IMG/VR virus record: IMGVR_UViG_3300032118_003132
Coordinates: 6,874 to 70,873 of that record
Direction: 5' to 3' (one strand)
Source: a virus
Length of the DNA stretch: 64,000 nt
Both the position numbers and the translations under genes were made by a program. Each line of letters opens with the position of its first letter. The stretch's first letter is position 1. Shown here one piece after another: positions 20,378 through 29,776 of this stretch. Under the pieces are notes generated by a model. The model searched no databases and had not been told where the DNA came from. It saw only the letters and a list, made by a program, of their open reading frames with translations.

Positions 20378-21629
20378 GCAACTTGAGTGGTTTGATGAGT
20401 GCCTAAAAAGCGTTGTTGGACAGGGTTGTAAAGTCTCTATTCACGATGATGGTTCGAAGGTTGACATTACCAAGATAATAAGTAAATATTATAAGAAGAC
20501 TACTGCAATATTCTCTCGCTCAGAGACCAATGTTGGAGTATCCCATGCGAGAAATGAGGCAGTCAGGAATGCTCCGGATAATAGTCTGATATTTCCTCTA
20601 GATTGTGATGATACACTCAAAGAGGGAACAATTAGCAAGTTAGTTAATTCTTGGAATGGTGTACCGTTATATCCGGATGTGGCAAAATTTGGAGATGAGA
20701 ATGTAGAACATTACGTTTTGATGGAGTTTGATTGTTCTCACCTTTGCAATTTTGTGGGTTATACATCTGTTAATGTTCTACATTCTAAAGAGCAATGGAA
20801 AGCTCTTGGAGGTTGGAATGAGGAGTTGGATTTCTATGAAGATGGAGAATATAATGCGAGATTGTTTGGGACTTATCGAGCAAAAAGATTTCCTGAACCT
20901 CTTGTAAATTATAGAATTCATCATGGACAGCGCACCAAACTGTACAGTGGTGTTTCTAAGAAGTATGCAGATAAGATTTTGAGTTATATTAGGAGGTTAG
21001 ACATGGCAGGTTGTCCTGGTGGTTGTGGTGGTAAAAAAAGAAATGGTGGTTCTGGAATAACAAGGACCTCTAACAGTAAAGTTCAAATAACAGGTCAAAG
21101 AGGAGAGAATATTATGGTAGATAACGCAAATTTGCCTTTGGAGTTCGAGGGTAAGGTGCTTGCTAGATATGTTGGTGGTAAAGGAAAAGGCAAACATTAT
21201 TATCAGGGTTTGGGTTCAAAGACATATTACCGAAATGTACAGTATGGGGTATTGATATATGCTGATCCTCGTGATGTTTCCGAGGAAGAGGGTAATCCTT
21301 CTAAGTTGATAAAGGTTAAACACACTGTTATACCGTCTAGATCTGTTCCGATCGCTGCTCCTGCTTCAATTAAGAAACCTGAACCAATAGAATTGGAAAG
21401 ATCTATTGTCGAGGAGGAAATTACTAGGATTCCTAAGGTTGAGGTTGAGAAAGCACCTGTTACTGAGGAAGTAGAAGTCGATTTTGATGACATTTCCAAG
21501 ATGTCTCTTAAGGACTTGAAGGGTGTAGAGATAACTTGTGAGGATGCCAAGGAATTGCTTGCCATTGAGGAAAAAGGCTCTAATAGACCCTCCGTTATCC
21601 GATATCTGAAGAGTTTATGTTCAGAATAG
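20325..21629 (+). CDS. GT2 glycosyltransferase fused to a C-terminal non-enzymatic (probably virion) domain
   Basis: VIIPVY, HDDGS, GVSHARN, LDCDD, GGWNE, ED. In-frame AGGAGG+ATG at 21003. Confidence 0.8.
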   Translation: MNLSNVVVIIPVYITTDEQLEWFDECLKSVVGQGCKVSIHDDGSKVDITKIISKYYKKTTAIFSRSETNVGVSHARNEAVRNAPDNSLIFPLDCDDTLKEGTISKLVNSWNGVPLYPDVAKFGDENVEHYVLMEFDCSHLCNFVGYTSVNVLHSKEQWKALGGWNEELDFYEDGEYNARLFGTYRAKRFPEPLVNYRIHHGQRTKLYSGVSKKYADKILSYIRRLDMAGCPGGCGGKKRNGGSGITRTSNSKVQITGQRGENIMVDNANLPLEFEGKVLARYVGGKGKGKHYYQGLGSKTYYRNVQYGVLIYADPRDVSEEEGNPSKLIKVKHTVIPSRSVPIAAPASIKKPEPIELERSIVEEEITRIPKVEVEKAPVTEEVEVDFDDISKMSLKDLKGVEITCEDAKELLAIEEKGSNRPSVIRYLKSLCSE

Positions 21630-21949
21630 AAGATTTTATAGTACTATCATTAGTAGTATTTACCTTAACAGTGTTGTTTAAGGATACTGAGGGTCCATTT
21701 CACATCTTTGAGAAGGCAAGGAATTTTCTGGTAGGTTCTGAGGGACATGAGAGAAAATTCTTTGTAGAATTGTTAGCCTGTCCATGGTGTGTAGGAACTT
21801 GGATGTCATTACTAGTGACATTGCTATATTGGTTGGTGAGTAAATGTACATTTCCAATATTTTTAGCATATTGTATAGCAGCCATAGGTGTAACAGGACT
21901 CTTATATGCTATGTTGTATTCATTCGTGAGTGATGGAGGAGAAAAATGA
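21617..21949 (+). CDS. DUF1360-like membrane protein
   Basis: GPF..F...R, ELLACPWCVGTW, three hydrophobic segments. Confidence 0.7.
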   Translation: MFRIEDFIVLSLVVFTLTVLFKDTEGPFHIFEKARNFLVGSEGHERKFFVELLACPWCVGTWMSLLVTLLYWLVSKCTFPIFLAYCIAAIGVTGLLYAMLYSFVSDGGEK

Positions 21950-22078
21950 GGAATTTAGTGTGGAATATTCGAGTTAGGTTGGGAGATTGGTGGCGAGTGA
22001 TGTATCGGAAGATACGACCTGCCAAAAAGCATTATGTTTTGGAAATTCATGATTCAAGTCTAAAGATAGGAGATGACG

Positions 22079-22447
22079 ATGGCTAAAAGTGCACATTCAG
22101 ATGTTTTGGATGGGTGTGGTGGAGTTGTCAAGAGTAACTGTAACTTGATGATTGCCTGTTCACAAGAGCCGACTACCAGGACTGAGGCAGTTACGACTTA
22201 TGCCTTGGCTGATGTGGCAATGGCTTCAGGTGACTTTACTCCAGCAGTAGATGGTACAGGAAGAAAGCTCACAGTTGGTGCTAAAAGTGCTGTTCCGATT
22301 GATGTAACTGGATCGGCAACACATATTGCTTTTGTTGATGCAACTAGATTATTGTATGTGACCTTATGTACTAGCCAATTGCTGACCTTGGGTGGGACGG
22401 TAGACCTTCCCTCACATAATATCTGTAAAATACCCCAACCGACATAA
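22079..22447 (+). CDS. Small virion structural protein
   Basis: AGGAG RBS. Beta-rich, with G.ATH.A..D...LLY pattern, preceding the repeat fibre. Confidence 0.6.
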   Translation: MAKSAHSDVLDGCGGVVKSNCNLMIACSQEPTTRTEAVTTYALADVAMASGDFTPAVDGTGRKLTVGAKSAVPIDVTGSATHIAFVDATRLLYVTLCTSQLLTLGGTVDLPSHNICKIPQPT

Positions 22448-22459
22448 TAGTATGTTGGT

Positions 22460-23974
22460 ATGACGACTATACTGTATCTGCCGATATCAGGTGCACCGCC
22501 ACTTGCGTCATTAGCGGTTAATTCGAACTGGGAATATTCAAACAACCTAGTTCGTCTGCCGTGCTTTACTACAAAACAGAATAGTGCTCTTACAACTTAT
22601 ACTTATCAGCCACCTACGGCATCGGGAACTTATCAATGGGTATGGCGACAATGGCAGAGTGATATTCTCAAGGCTGCTTATAACTGGACTACTTCTGATA
22701 CAGTCTCTATGGTTATCGGTAAGTGCGGAGAGACCTCAAATAGTGGCGATGCACATTTAGCTTATATCATTAGGGTAGTAAGTGGAGATGGTTCAGTTAT
22801 TCGAGGTGTCATTGGTCTATTTCACGCTACTAGCACAGAATTTCCACTCATAGGAACTGCACCTGCTACCCGTATCCATAATGCCAGGGTAGATGGAGCA
22901 ACAACTTTTTCTAGTCAAATTGGGGATAGAATAATTATTGAAATTGGTCTGCATCTGGTAACTCCTGCTATTGAGAATATGCAGATGCGGTTTGGTGACC
23001 CAAATGCGGTTGCCGACTTTGCACTTACTGCCGGACTTACCACCGACCTTGACCCATGGGTTCGACTTTCTCAAACAGTCGAATTTGGCAATCCTCCCCT
23101 GGCGATTCAAGATGCTGCTAGTGCTCATACGGCTGATAGTCTGGCACTAATTCAACATAACATCTTGGCAATACAGGATGCCTCTAATGCTCATACATCT
23201 GAAAATATTGCTCTGGCGCAGCATAATATTCTCTCAATTGCAGATAGTATTCATGGACATACAGCCGAGAATATTACACTAACGGTGCATGAGGCAAATA
23301 CTCAATTGGTTATTCAGGATGCTTCTCATGGACATATCTCTGAATCTATAACTTTAATTCAACATAACATTCTTGCAATTCAAGATGGTACTCACATTCA
23401 TACTACTGAAAGTCCTGCATTAATACAACATAATGTTTTATCAATTATGAATGCTGCGCATGGGCACACTACAGATAATATCAGTTTGACTCAGCATAAT
23501 ATTCTCTCGATTGCATATGCATCACATGCTCACATTGCTGATAGCCTGAATCTGGTACAACATAATATTCTATCAATCTCTGATGCCTCTAATGGACATT
23601 ATGCAGATAATCTTGAATTAATACAACATAATATATTGGCTGTACAGAATGCTAATCATGGGCATATATCAGAAAATGTTAGTTTAACACAACATAATAT
23701 TCTATCAATTGCCGATGGTTCTCATGAGCATACTGCTGGAAATCTTATCTTAACTCAGCATAATGTCTTATCAATTGCTGATGCTTCCAGTGGGCACATG
23801 GCTGATAATATAACTCTTATTTACCATTCACCAGGTGCAGTGGTATTGATAATTGCAGATGCTACTCATGGACATATGGCAGATACTGTCATTTTGGTGC
23901 AACATATTCATCCTATAAATCCTGAGGTGTTTATTAGAGTGTTTGATCCTATAATCAAAGGAATCTTTAATTAA
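22460..23974 (+). CDS. Fibre-like protein with about 12 His-containing 22-aa repeats
   Basis: Repeat consensus L.I.DA.H.H..(D/E)N..L.QHN(I/V). Confidence 0.7.
   Translation: MTTILYLPISGAPPLASLAVNSNWEYSNNLVRLPCFTTKQNSALTTYTYQPPTASGTYQWVWRQWQSDILKAAYNWTTSDTVSMVIGKCGETSNSGDAHLAYIIRVVSGDGSVIRGVIGLFHATSTEFPLIGTAPATRIHNARVDGATTFSSQIGDRIIIEIGLHLVTPAIENMQMRFGDPNAVADFALTAGLTTDLDPWVRLSQTVEFGNPPLAIQDAASAHTADSLALIQHNILAIQDASNAHTSENIALAQHNILSIADSIHGHTAENITLTVHEANTQLVIQDASHGHISESITLIQHNILAIQDGTHIHTTESPALIQHNVLSIMNAAHGHTTDNISLTQHNILSIAYASHAHIADSLNLVQHNILSISDASNGHYADNLELIQHNILAVQNANHGHISENVSLTQHNILSIADGSHEHTAGNLILTQHNVLSIADASSGHMADNITLIYHSPGAVVLIIADATHGHMADTVILVQHIHPINPEVFIRVFDPIIKGIFN
23099..23905 (+). repeat. 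~66-bp tandem coding repeats
   Basis: Recurring CA(A/G)CATAA(T/C)(A/G)T at about 66 nt period. Confidence 0.8.
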
Positions 23975-24010
23975 TAATAATGTATATCATATATAGGAGT
24001 AATTTACCTC

Positions 24011-24628
24011 ATGACAAAATGGCTTGAAACTGATACAAATATAGATATCGATATTTCAACAATGACTATAATTGGATCTTATATTGCTGATGAAGACAGT
24101 ATGATTATAGCACAGATATTTGCTTCTCAGGTGGCTGGGGCAGGTAATTATATATTCCACGCAGGATTGCAAATTGGTGGTATTGGATTGAATTATGCTA
24201 TGATTCCAAAGACAACTGCTGCTGCCGATGTTGGAGAAACTGCCATTGGAGCACAATCCTCCTTGATAGCCATGCGTAATGGAGATATATTGACCATTTA
24301 CATTGAAGGTTTGCCAGGAGATAATACTACACCAGATACAATTGTCCGATTCTTCAAACTTGCTAATTTATTTCCAGCAGGAGCAATTCCATTTACTTAT
24401 ATAGTTACAGATGATATAACTCATTTGCCAATTGATGGTGTTGATGTATGGTTTAGTACAGATAATCCTGCAATCAATATTGTTTGGAAAGGTAATACGG
24501 ATACTTTCGGTGTGGCTCGTGACGTATATGGAAATCTCCCTAATCTTGATGTAGGAGTTTATTTCGTCTGGCGACAAAAAACAAATTATTTATTTATTGA
24601 TCCCGATACGGAGGTAATATCACCATGA
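24011..24628 (+). CDS. Probable virion protein
   Basis: C-terminal PIDGVDVW...TDTFG prealbumin-like motif. RBS present. Confidence 0.5.
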   Translation: MTKWLETDTNIDIDISTMTIIGSYIADEDSMIIAQIFASQVAGAGNYIFHAGLQIGGIGLNYAMIPKTTAAADVGETAIGAQSSLIAMRNGDILTIYIEGLPGDNTTPDTIVRFFKLANLFPAGAIPFTYIVTDDITHLPIDGVDVWFSTDNPAINIVWKGNTDTFGVARDVYGNLPNLDVGVYFVWRQKTNYLFIDPDTEVISP

Positions 24629-25722
24629 GTCCTACGAGCGGTAGTGGTACAGGTATGCATATTTCCGGCACTCTGGGTATTGGTGGTGGAACTTGTGATA
24701 TAAACATACTTAATGGAGTCCAATTAGGACTTACATTGGATCGTTACCAGGAGTTGATGCGATTGCCTCCTGCTGCCTTTAATGGTCTAAATAAGCCGGA
24801 TGAGGTAGGATGTTATGACTGTGCTGCTATATGGAAGCAGACCGATAGGGATGGTATGGCTATCGTAATAGCAGAGGCAGAGGAAATGCGTGAGCGGGAA
24901 TTGAGTTATCATGTGGCTCCTAAATGGGAGATAGAGGAGCAGGATTTTACATATAGTGGTATGTATTTCTTACGCATGAAACATCTAATAAAGATTGGCA
25001 CATATGTCTCTTCTGATATTTCCATTTGCGAACCTGTGGTTCTTACCACATTGCATGGTGGATTGCAAGACCCTGTTATATTAACAGTGGTAACAACAGT
25101 AATAGATCCGGATGAGATATGTGTATTCCACCCAGATACAGATATTATGATTTATCCATCTAAGATTACAATAAGTGGTGGGATTGCTACGATTTGTATT
25201 CCCAGACCAAGATTGCGATTGCTAAGTGTGGATACTAATTGTGATCCTCCTCCGGATTACGATGACGACGATAATTTCGAGACTTGTGTTGATATAAAGC
25301 GTTGTTATATTGATGAGACGGATGGGGTGGTTATTGTTTGTAGACATCACTGTAGTTGTGATACCACAACTGTGACAGATACTTGCTCTTATATAAGAGA
25401 CTACCGTTTGTCGGTAATAAATGTGGTTCCAACCTCATGTTTAGCATTATGTTGCCATCCAAGTAAGACTATTATTCCGTACTTATCAGGTATACAATCC
25501 TCGATTTATACAGAGATGATGACTGCATCACTGGCTCATTCTCTATTAAAGGATATAATTCCTGGAATGGTAAACTTATGTGATTGTTGGAAGACAGATA
25601 TGGAAGTCAGTGATAATGCAGACTATAATCCATATGGCATATCAAATGGAGCTGTTAAGGCATGGCTGGCTGATAGTCGCGCGAAATGTGGACAGGGCGG
25701 TAAGTTTCCAAGAGTTAGATAG
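24625..25722 (+). CDS. Cys-rich probable head-tail adaptor
   Basis: AEAEEMRERELSY adaptor-like helix, located at the end of the head module. Confidence 0.45.
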   Translation: MSPTSGSGTGMHISGTLGIGGGTCDINILNGVQLGLTLDRYQELMRLPPAAFNGLNKPDEVGCYDCAAIWKQTDRDGMAIVIAEAEEMRERELSYHVAPKWEIEEQDFTYSGMYFLRMKHLIKIGTYVSSDISICEPVVLTTLHGGLQDPVILTVVTTVIDPDEICVFHPDTDIMIYPSKITISGGIATICIPRPRLRLLSVDTNCDPPPDYDDDDNFETCVDIKRCYIDETDGVVIVCRHHCSCDTTTVTDTCSYIRDYRLSVINVVPTSCLALCCHPSKTIIPYLSGIQSSIYTEMMTASLAHSLLKDIIPGMVNLCDCWKTDMEVSDNADYNPYGISNGAVKAWLADSRAKCGQGGKFPRVR

Positions 25723-25724
25723 AT

Positions 25725-26459
25725 ATGATATCTGGCGTATATTGTATTAAGAATGTGATAAGTAATAAAATGTATATTGGTTCTTCTTGTAATGTAGAAG
25801 ATAGAATCTATATGCATTTTTATGATTTAGAGAATGGAAATCATTTTAATCATCATTTGCAAAGTGCATATAATAAATATGGTGATGATACTTTCATAAC
25901 CATATTATTGAAGACCTGTAAAAGGAAGAATTTATTTTATTGGGAACAAGCATTCATAGATGATTATAATCCATCTTATAATATACGGAAAATAGTTGAA
26001 GGTCCAGGAAAGAATTCAGAAGAATCTAGACACAAAATGTCCTTGGCATTGAAATTGCGCAAAGAACGTCTTGGATATACGCATTCTCCAGAAACCAAAA
26101 GAAAGATATCTGAAACTTTGAAGGGTCGTATTTCTCAAATGAAAGGGAAGAAAATGTCTAAAGAATCTAGACATAGAATGTCTCTTTCTAAGATAGGTAA
26201 ACCCCCACCAAATAAAGGTAAGAAGATGTCTAAAGAATTTAGAGATAAAATATCGAAAGCTGGGATTGGTAGAATTCCATGGAATAAAGGTAAGAAAATG
26301 TCCGAAGAATTTAGGAAAAATGTATCAGAAGGTCATAAAGGTCATGTTCCTTGGAATAAAGGTAAAGTAGGATATAAAATATGTAAAATATCCGAAGAAA
26401 CTAAGAAGAAAATATCTAGGACATTGAGATATAGATATAGTATGATGCATTCAAATTAG
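25725..26459 (+). CDS. GIY-YIG homing endonuclease with NUMOD3 repeats
   Basis: GVYCI..YIGSS..R, HSPETKRKIS, PWNKGKK repeats. Confidence 0.9.
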   Translation: MISGVYCIKNVISNKMYIGSSCNVEDRIYMHFYDLENGNHFNHHLQSAYNKYGDDTFITILLKTCKRKNLFYWEQAFIDDYNPSYNIRKIVEGPGKNSEESRHKMSLALKLRKERLGYTHSPETKRKISETLKGRISQMKGKKMSKESRHRMSLSKIGKPPPNKGKKMSKEFRDKISKAGIGRIPWNKGKKMSEEFRKNVSEGHKGHVPWNKGKVGYKICKISEETKKKISRTLRYRYSMMHSN

Positions 26460-26473
26460 AGTAACGAATATGA

Positions 26474-26485
26474 CAAGTTTAGTAT
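26474..26485 (+). promoter_or_regulatory. CAAGTTTAGTAT motif, copy 5, at the start of the replication module
   Basis: TATGACAAGTTTAGTATT(A/G)CAG is shared with copy 1. Confidence 0.65.
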
Positions 26486-26489
26486 TACA

Positions 26490-26612
26490 GAGCAATCGAA
26501 TTCCTTTTCTGTAGATCAGAAATCCCCTCCTTAGTCCGATTGCTCACGATCCTTTGGTGTGTCCCCTGAGTTTCTGAAGTCGCTAAGCGTCCCTCAGGAC
26601 TCAGGGGACATA
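26490..26612 (+). promoter_or_regulatory. Structured 5' leader with two hairpins before the helicase gene
   Basis: GAGCAATCG/CGATTGCTC and TGTCCCCTGAGT/ACTCAGGGGACA stems. Confidence 0.55.
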
Positions 26613-26620
26613 GGCTCAAA

Positions 26621-27961
26621 ATGAAAATAAAAGTTGATGACATTTATAGTCAAGTGCTGAAACCTATTTACTTCCCTGGTCTGGATATAGTTAGAGAAGT
26701 ATGTAGAGCTAGACCATCCGGATTTCTGTTTATGCCAAAATATAAATCTGGCAGGTGGGATGGCTATATTTCCCTTATGGGCAGCAATACGAAGTTCCCA
26801 ACTGGTCTGCTGGATAGAGTTATTTCAGCACTTGCTAATAAAGATATAAAGGTGGAGTTAGAGTCTTCTAAGATCTATAACTCAGATTGGGATATTGGAA
26901 ATGATGAGTTAAACGGCATAACTCTGCGAGATTATCAGATAGAGGCTGCTAAAAAACTTTTGAGCATGGGGAGGGGAGTTGCTAAGATGGCAACCAACTC
27001 TGGCAAGACAGAGGTCATGGCTGTTATTATCAAAAAATTATCTCTTCCAACAGTTGTGATTGTGCACCGTAAGGAGTTATTATATCAGACTGCCGAGAGA
27101 CTTAGCAAGAGGATAGGTTGCAAAGTAGGCATGATAGGGGATGGTGTAGCAGATATGCAGGATATAACGGTTGCTATGGTGCAAACATTGAGCAATCGTA
27201 ACATAGACTTTTCCAATAATAAAGTTTTAATAGTGGATGAATGTCATCATATATCCTCTGACCAGATGTTGAATGTGGTATTTAGAATACCTGGGGAATA
27301 TAGATTTGGGTTCTCTGGAACTCCCCTGAAGCATGAGGTTCTATCTGACCTGAAGTTAATTGCTGCGACTGGAGAGGTTCTGATAGATATTTCCAATAAA
27401 TATTTGGTAGATTCTGGTTATAGTGCTAAACCAAAGGTGCATATAATAACTGTGGAAAGTACCGATATTGATGAGTGGGAGACCTCTTATTTTGAGGCAT
27501 ATGAATCATTTATAGTAAACAATACTAAAAGGAATGCAATCATTGCTGAGATAGCGAGTATTTCCAGTGGTACGGTGCTGATTTTGGTTGAGAGAATAGA
27601 GCATGGGGAGATATTACATAGCCTTATACCTGGGTCTGTGTTTGTGAATGGCTCTATGGATACGGAATATAGGAGAGGTGTTTTGGAAAATATGAAAAGT
27701 GGTGGGGTGTTCATAGCAACTCCTATATTTGATGAGGGTATTGATGTACCCTCCATAAGCACTCTCATTGTTGCTTGTGGAGGCAATTCCAGTAATAAAC
27801 TACTTCAGAGACTTGGTCGTGGTATGCGCAAAAAGGTATATGAGAATGTTATCCAGGTATATGACTTCTTGGATGATACTAACCAATATTTGTTCAAACA
27901 TTCTGATAAAAGAATTGAGACTTTCATAGAGGAAGGATTTGAGGTGGTAAAATATGGATAA
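26621..27961 (+). CDS. SF2 DNA helicase (UvsW/XPB-like)
   Basis: LRDYQ, ATNSGKT, DECH, SGTP, EGIDVP, QRLGRGMR. Confidence 0.9.
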   Translation: MKIKVDDIYSQVLKPIYFPGLDIVREVCRARPSGFLFMPKYKSGRWDGYISLMGSNTKFPTGLLDRVISALANKDIKVELESSKIYNSDWDIGNDELNGITLRDYQIEAAKKLLSMGRGVAKMATNSGKTEVMAVIIKKLSLPTVVIVHRKELLYQTAERLSKRIGCKVGMIGDGVADMQDITVAMVQTLSNRNIDFSNNKVLIVDECHHISSDQMLNVVFRIPGEYRFGFSGTPLKHEVLSDLKLIAATGEVLIDISNKYLVDSGYSAKPKVHIITVESTDIDEWETSYFEAYESFIVNNTKRNAIIAEIASISSGTVLILVERIEHGEILHSLIPGSVFVNGSMDTEYRRGVLENMKSGGVFIATPIFDEGIDVPSISTLIVACGGNSSNKLLQRLGRGMRKKVYENVIQVYDFLDDTNQYLFKHSDKRIETFIEEGFEVVKYG

Positions 27962-28364
27962 TGAATTGAAAGTGAAAACAGAAATAGAACAATTTCATGA
28001 ATTAGCAAATATTACTAGAAAGTTGGATATTCCAATAACTATGAGTGTCAATTCAATTGTATCATTATCAGATGAAATAGATATCCTACAAGAACAGATT
28101 AAAACTTTGAAGTCTGGGCATTTGGTTTTTAGTGATGGTTATGAAAATAAATGGATAAAACAAGAAGATTACAATGCCCTGTAAGCCAAACTGGAGGCAA
28201 TGACCGAAAATATACGAGTATTTCAACATCGCGGCGATACTTTGCAAGCCAAGTTGGATATTGTGAGGGAGGCAATAAAGAGAGCAAAATTCGAATTATG
28301 GGGCATGCCAGGACGTGCCGATCATATCCTTGAAGATGCACTGGAAAAGATAAAGGAGGCATAA
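27954..28364 (+). pseudogene. Coiled-coil ORF interrupted by an in-frame TAA at 28182
   Basis: Frame continues to ...LEKIKEA*. Paralog 29416-29775 has CAA (Gln) at the equivalent position. Confidence 0.6.
28341..28364 (+). repeat. 24-bp direct repeat CTGGAAAAGATAAAGGAGGCATAA (second copy 29752-29775)
   Basis: Exact match. Confidence 0.85.
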
Positions 28365-28724
28365 ATGAGCGAAGAATTGAAATTATGCTCACATTGTGGA
28401 CATGAGGGAGAAATAAAATTATATCCATGCAATCAGAAATGGGTGAGTTGTCTGAATCCAGATTGTTCTGCAATGCTACCATTTGAGTCTTGGCAACGTC
28501 GCCCCATTGAAGATGCCCTCCGCAAGCAGCTGGAAGAACAAAGCCACAATTTGGATATTGCAATTGGACAGAATGAAATAATCGATGCCCAATTAGAGGC
28601 GGCGATTGGAGCACTGAAAAGTATGTCTAATCAGGCTACGTGTCGGGTTTACGTTAGAGAAAAACTTGCCGAAATCGAGCGAATAGGGAAGGAGGCTGGA
28701 GATGTTAAGCCGAAAGACGATTGA
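28365..28724 (+). CDS. Lar-like Zn-finger protein
   Basis: LKLCSHCG...VSC...C......W.RR. Confidence 0.55.
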   Translation: MSEELKLCSHCGHEGEIKLYPCNQKWVSCLNPDCSAMLPFESWQRRPIEDALRKQLEEQSHNLDIAIGQNEIIDAQLEAAIGALKSMSNQATCRVYVREKLAEIERIGKEAGDVKPKDD

Positions 28725-29112
28725 GTTATTGATTAAAGTATTGATTTATTATGATGGTGGCGAATGGTATGAGCCAAAAGAACGCGCAGATATTGATATT
28801 GCCACTCTAGAACTCGAAGCCGCGCTGAAAGAATTGGAGGCGACCAATGCTTCGAATGATGATATTGAAATTATAAAAGCCAATCTCGAATTTCTACAGA
28901 ACGCCAAAGATGAAATATTTACTATGTTTGAAGAAGTTCGCAGCAATTTTGATGGTAGTGATTATCAACAAGGCGAAAAAAATGGGTTGCGAATTGCTTT
29001 ATCGATATTAGGGAATGTTGAAATGATAGATTTCAATCGCGGCAATTCAAGGGCAAGAGAAGGACTAGGCAAAAACGAACGAATCTCCTCCTTGCCATCG
29101 GAAACTATTTGA
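28702..29112 (+). CDS. Hypothetical protein
   Basis: GGAGG RBS, ORF only. Confidence 0.5.
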   Translation: MLSRKTIELLIKVLIYYDGGEWYEPKERADIDIATLELEAALKELEATNASNDDIEIIKANLEFLQNAKDEIFTMFEEVRSNFDGSDYQQGEKNGLRIALSILGNVEMIDFNRGNSRAREGLGKNERISSLPSETI

Positions 29113-29145
29113 CGATTGTTTTCAATACGAATGAAAGGATGAGAG

Positions 29146-29331
29146 ATGGAAGAAACCGAAGATTTATCTCATGTTGAAGAATTTATAGACGAAATATTGG
29201 ATGTTCTTGATTTGGGGAATGCCGATGGGGGATATGGGGAAACTATTTATGGATTGTCGCGTGGGACTGATAAACAAGAACAACTTAGAAAAATTCGTGA
29301 TATTGTGAAGAAATATTTTTCTGGCATTTGA
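29146..29331 (+). CDS. Hypothetical protein
   Basis: RBS plus ORF. Confidence 0.45.
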   Translation: MEETEDLSHVEEFIDEILDVLDLGNADGGYGETIYGLSRGTDKQEQLRKIRDIVKKYFSGI

Positions 29332-29415
29332 TGGTATTTATGACGAAAAAATGAACAAACTTTTATATTACTTCGTGTTGGTCATATTAACTATATTCGC
29401 TGTAATGCAGGGGAT

Positions 29416-29775
29416 ATGGGGATTGTTAAAGAAATGGAGTGTGAAATGCCGATAGCAGATGCGAGCCAATATTCACCCGAGGAAATGTTCAAGAAGATGC
29501 ATCCTGAAATGGAGAGTAAAATGAATGACGAAGATATAAATCCAACTTTTCCAGAATTAGAGGGTAGTTGGATTCGCAAAGAAAACTACGACGCCCTGCA
29601 AGCCAAATTGGATGAATGTGAACTGGCGCTGGACGATATGCGCTTAGGTAAGGCAATCGCAGAGAGTAAGTTGGATGATGCGAGGGAGGGACTGATGGAT
29701 ATAAACGCGGAATTCGTGGGTACACCAGCCGGAATTATTGCAAGAGAAACGCTGGAAAAGATAAAGGAGGCATAA
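29416..29775 (+). CDS. Hypothetical coiled-coil protein (paralog of 27954-28364)
   Basis: WIRKENYDALQAKL...LEKIKEA. Confidence 0.55.
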   Translation: MGIVKEMECEMPIADASQYSPEEMFKKMHPEMESKMNDEDINPTFPELEGSWIRKENYDALQAKLDECELALDDMRLGKAIAESKLDDAREGLMDINAEFVGTPAGIIARETLEKIKEA

Positions 29776-29776
29776 T

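Noticed and set aside
23099-23905. ~66-nt periodic repeats as a CRISPR array
   Set aside because: Repeats are degenerate at synonymous positions, in frame within an ORF, with no unique spacers and no cas genes.
28182-28184. In-frame TAA as evidence of stop-codon reassignment
   Set aside because: TAA, TAG and TGA all terminate well-conserved genes at expected positions, and no suppressor tRNA is seen.
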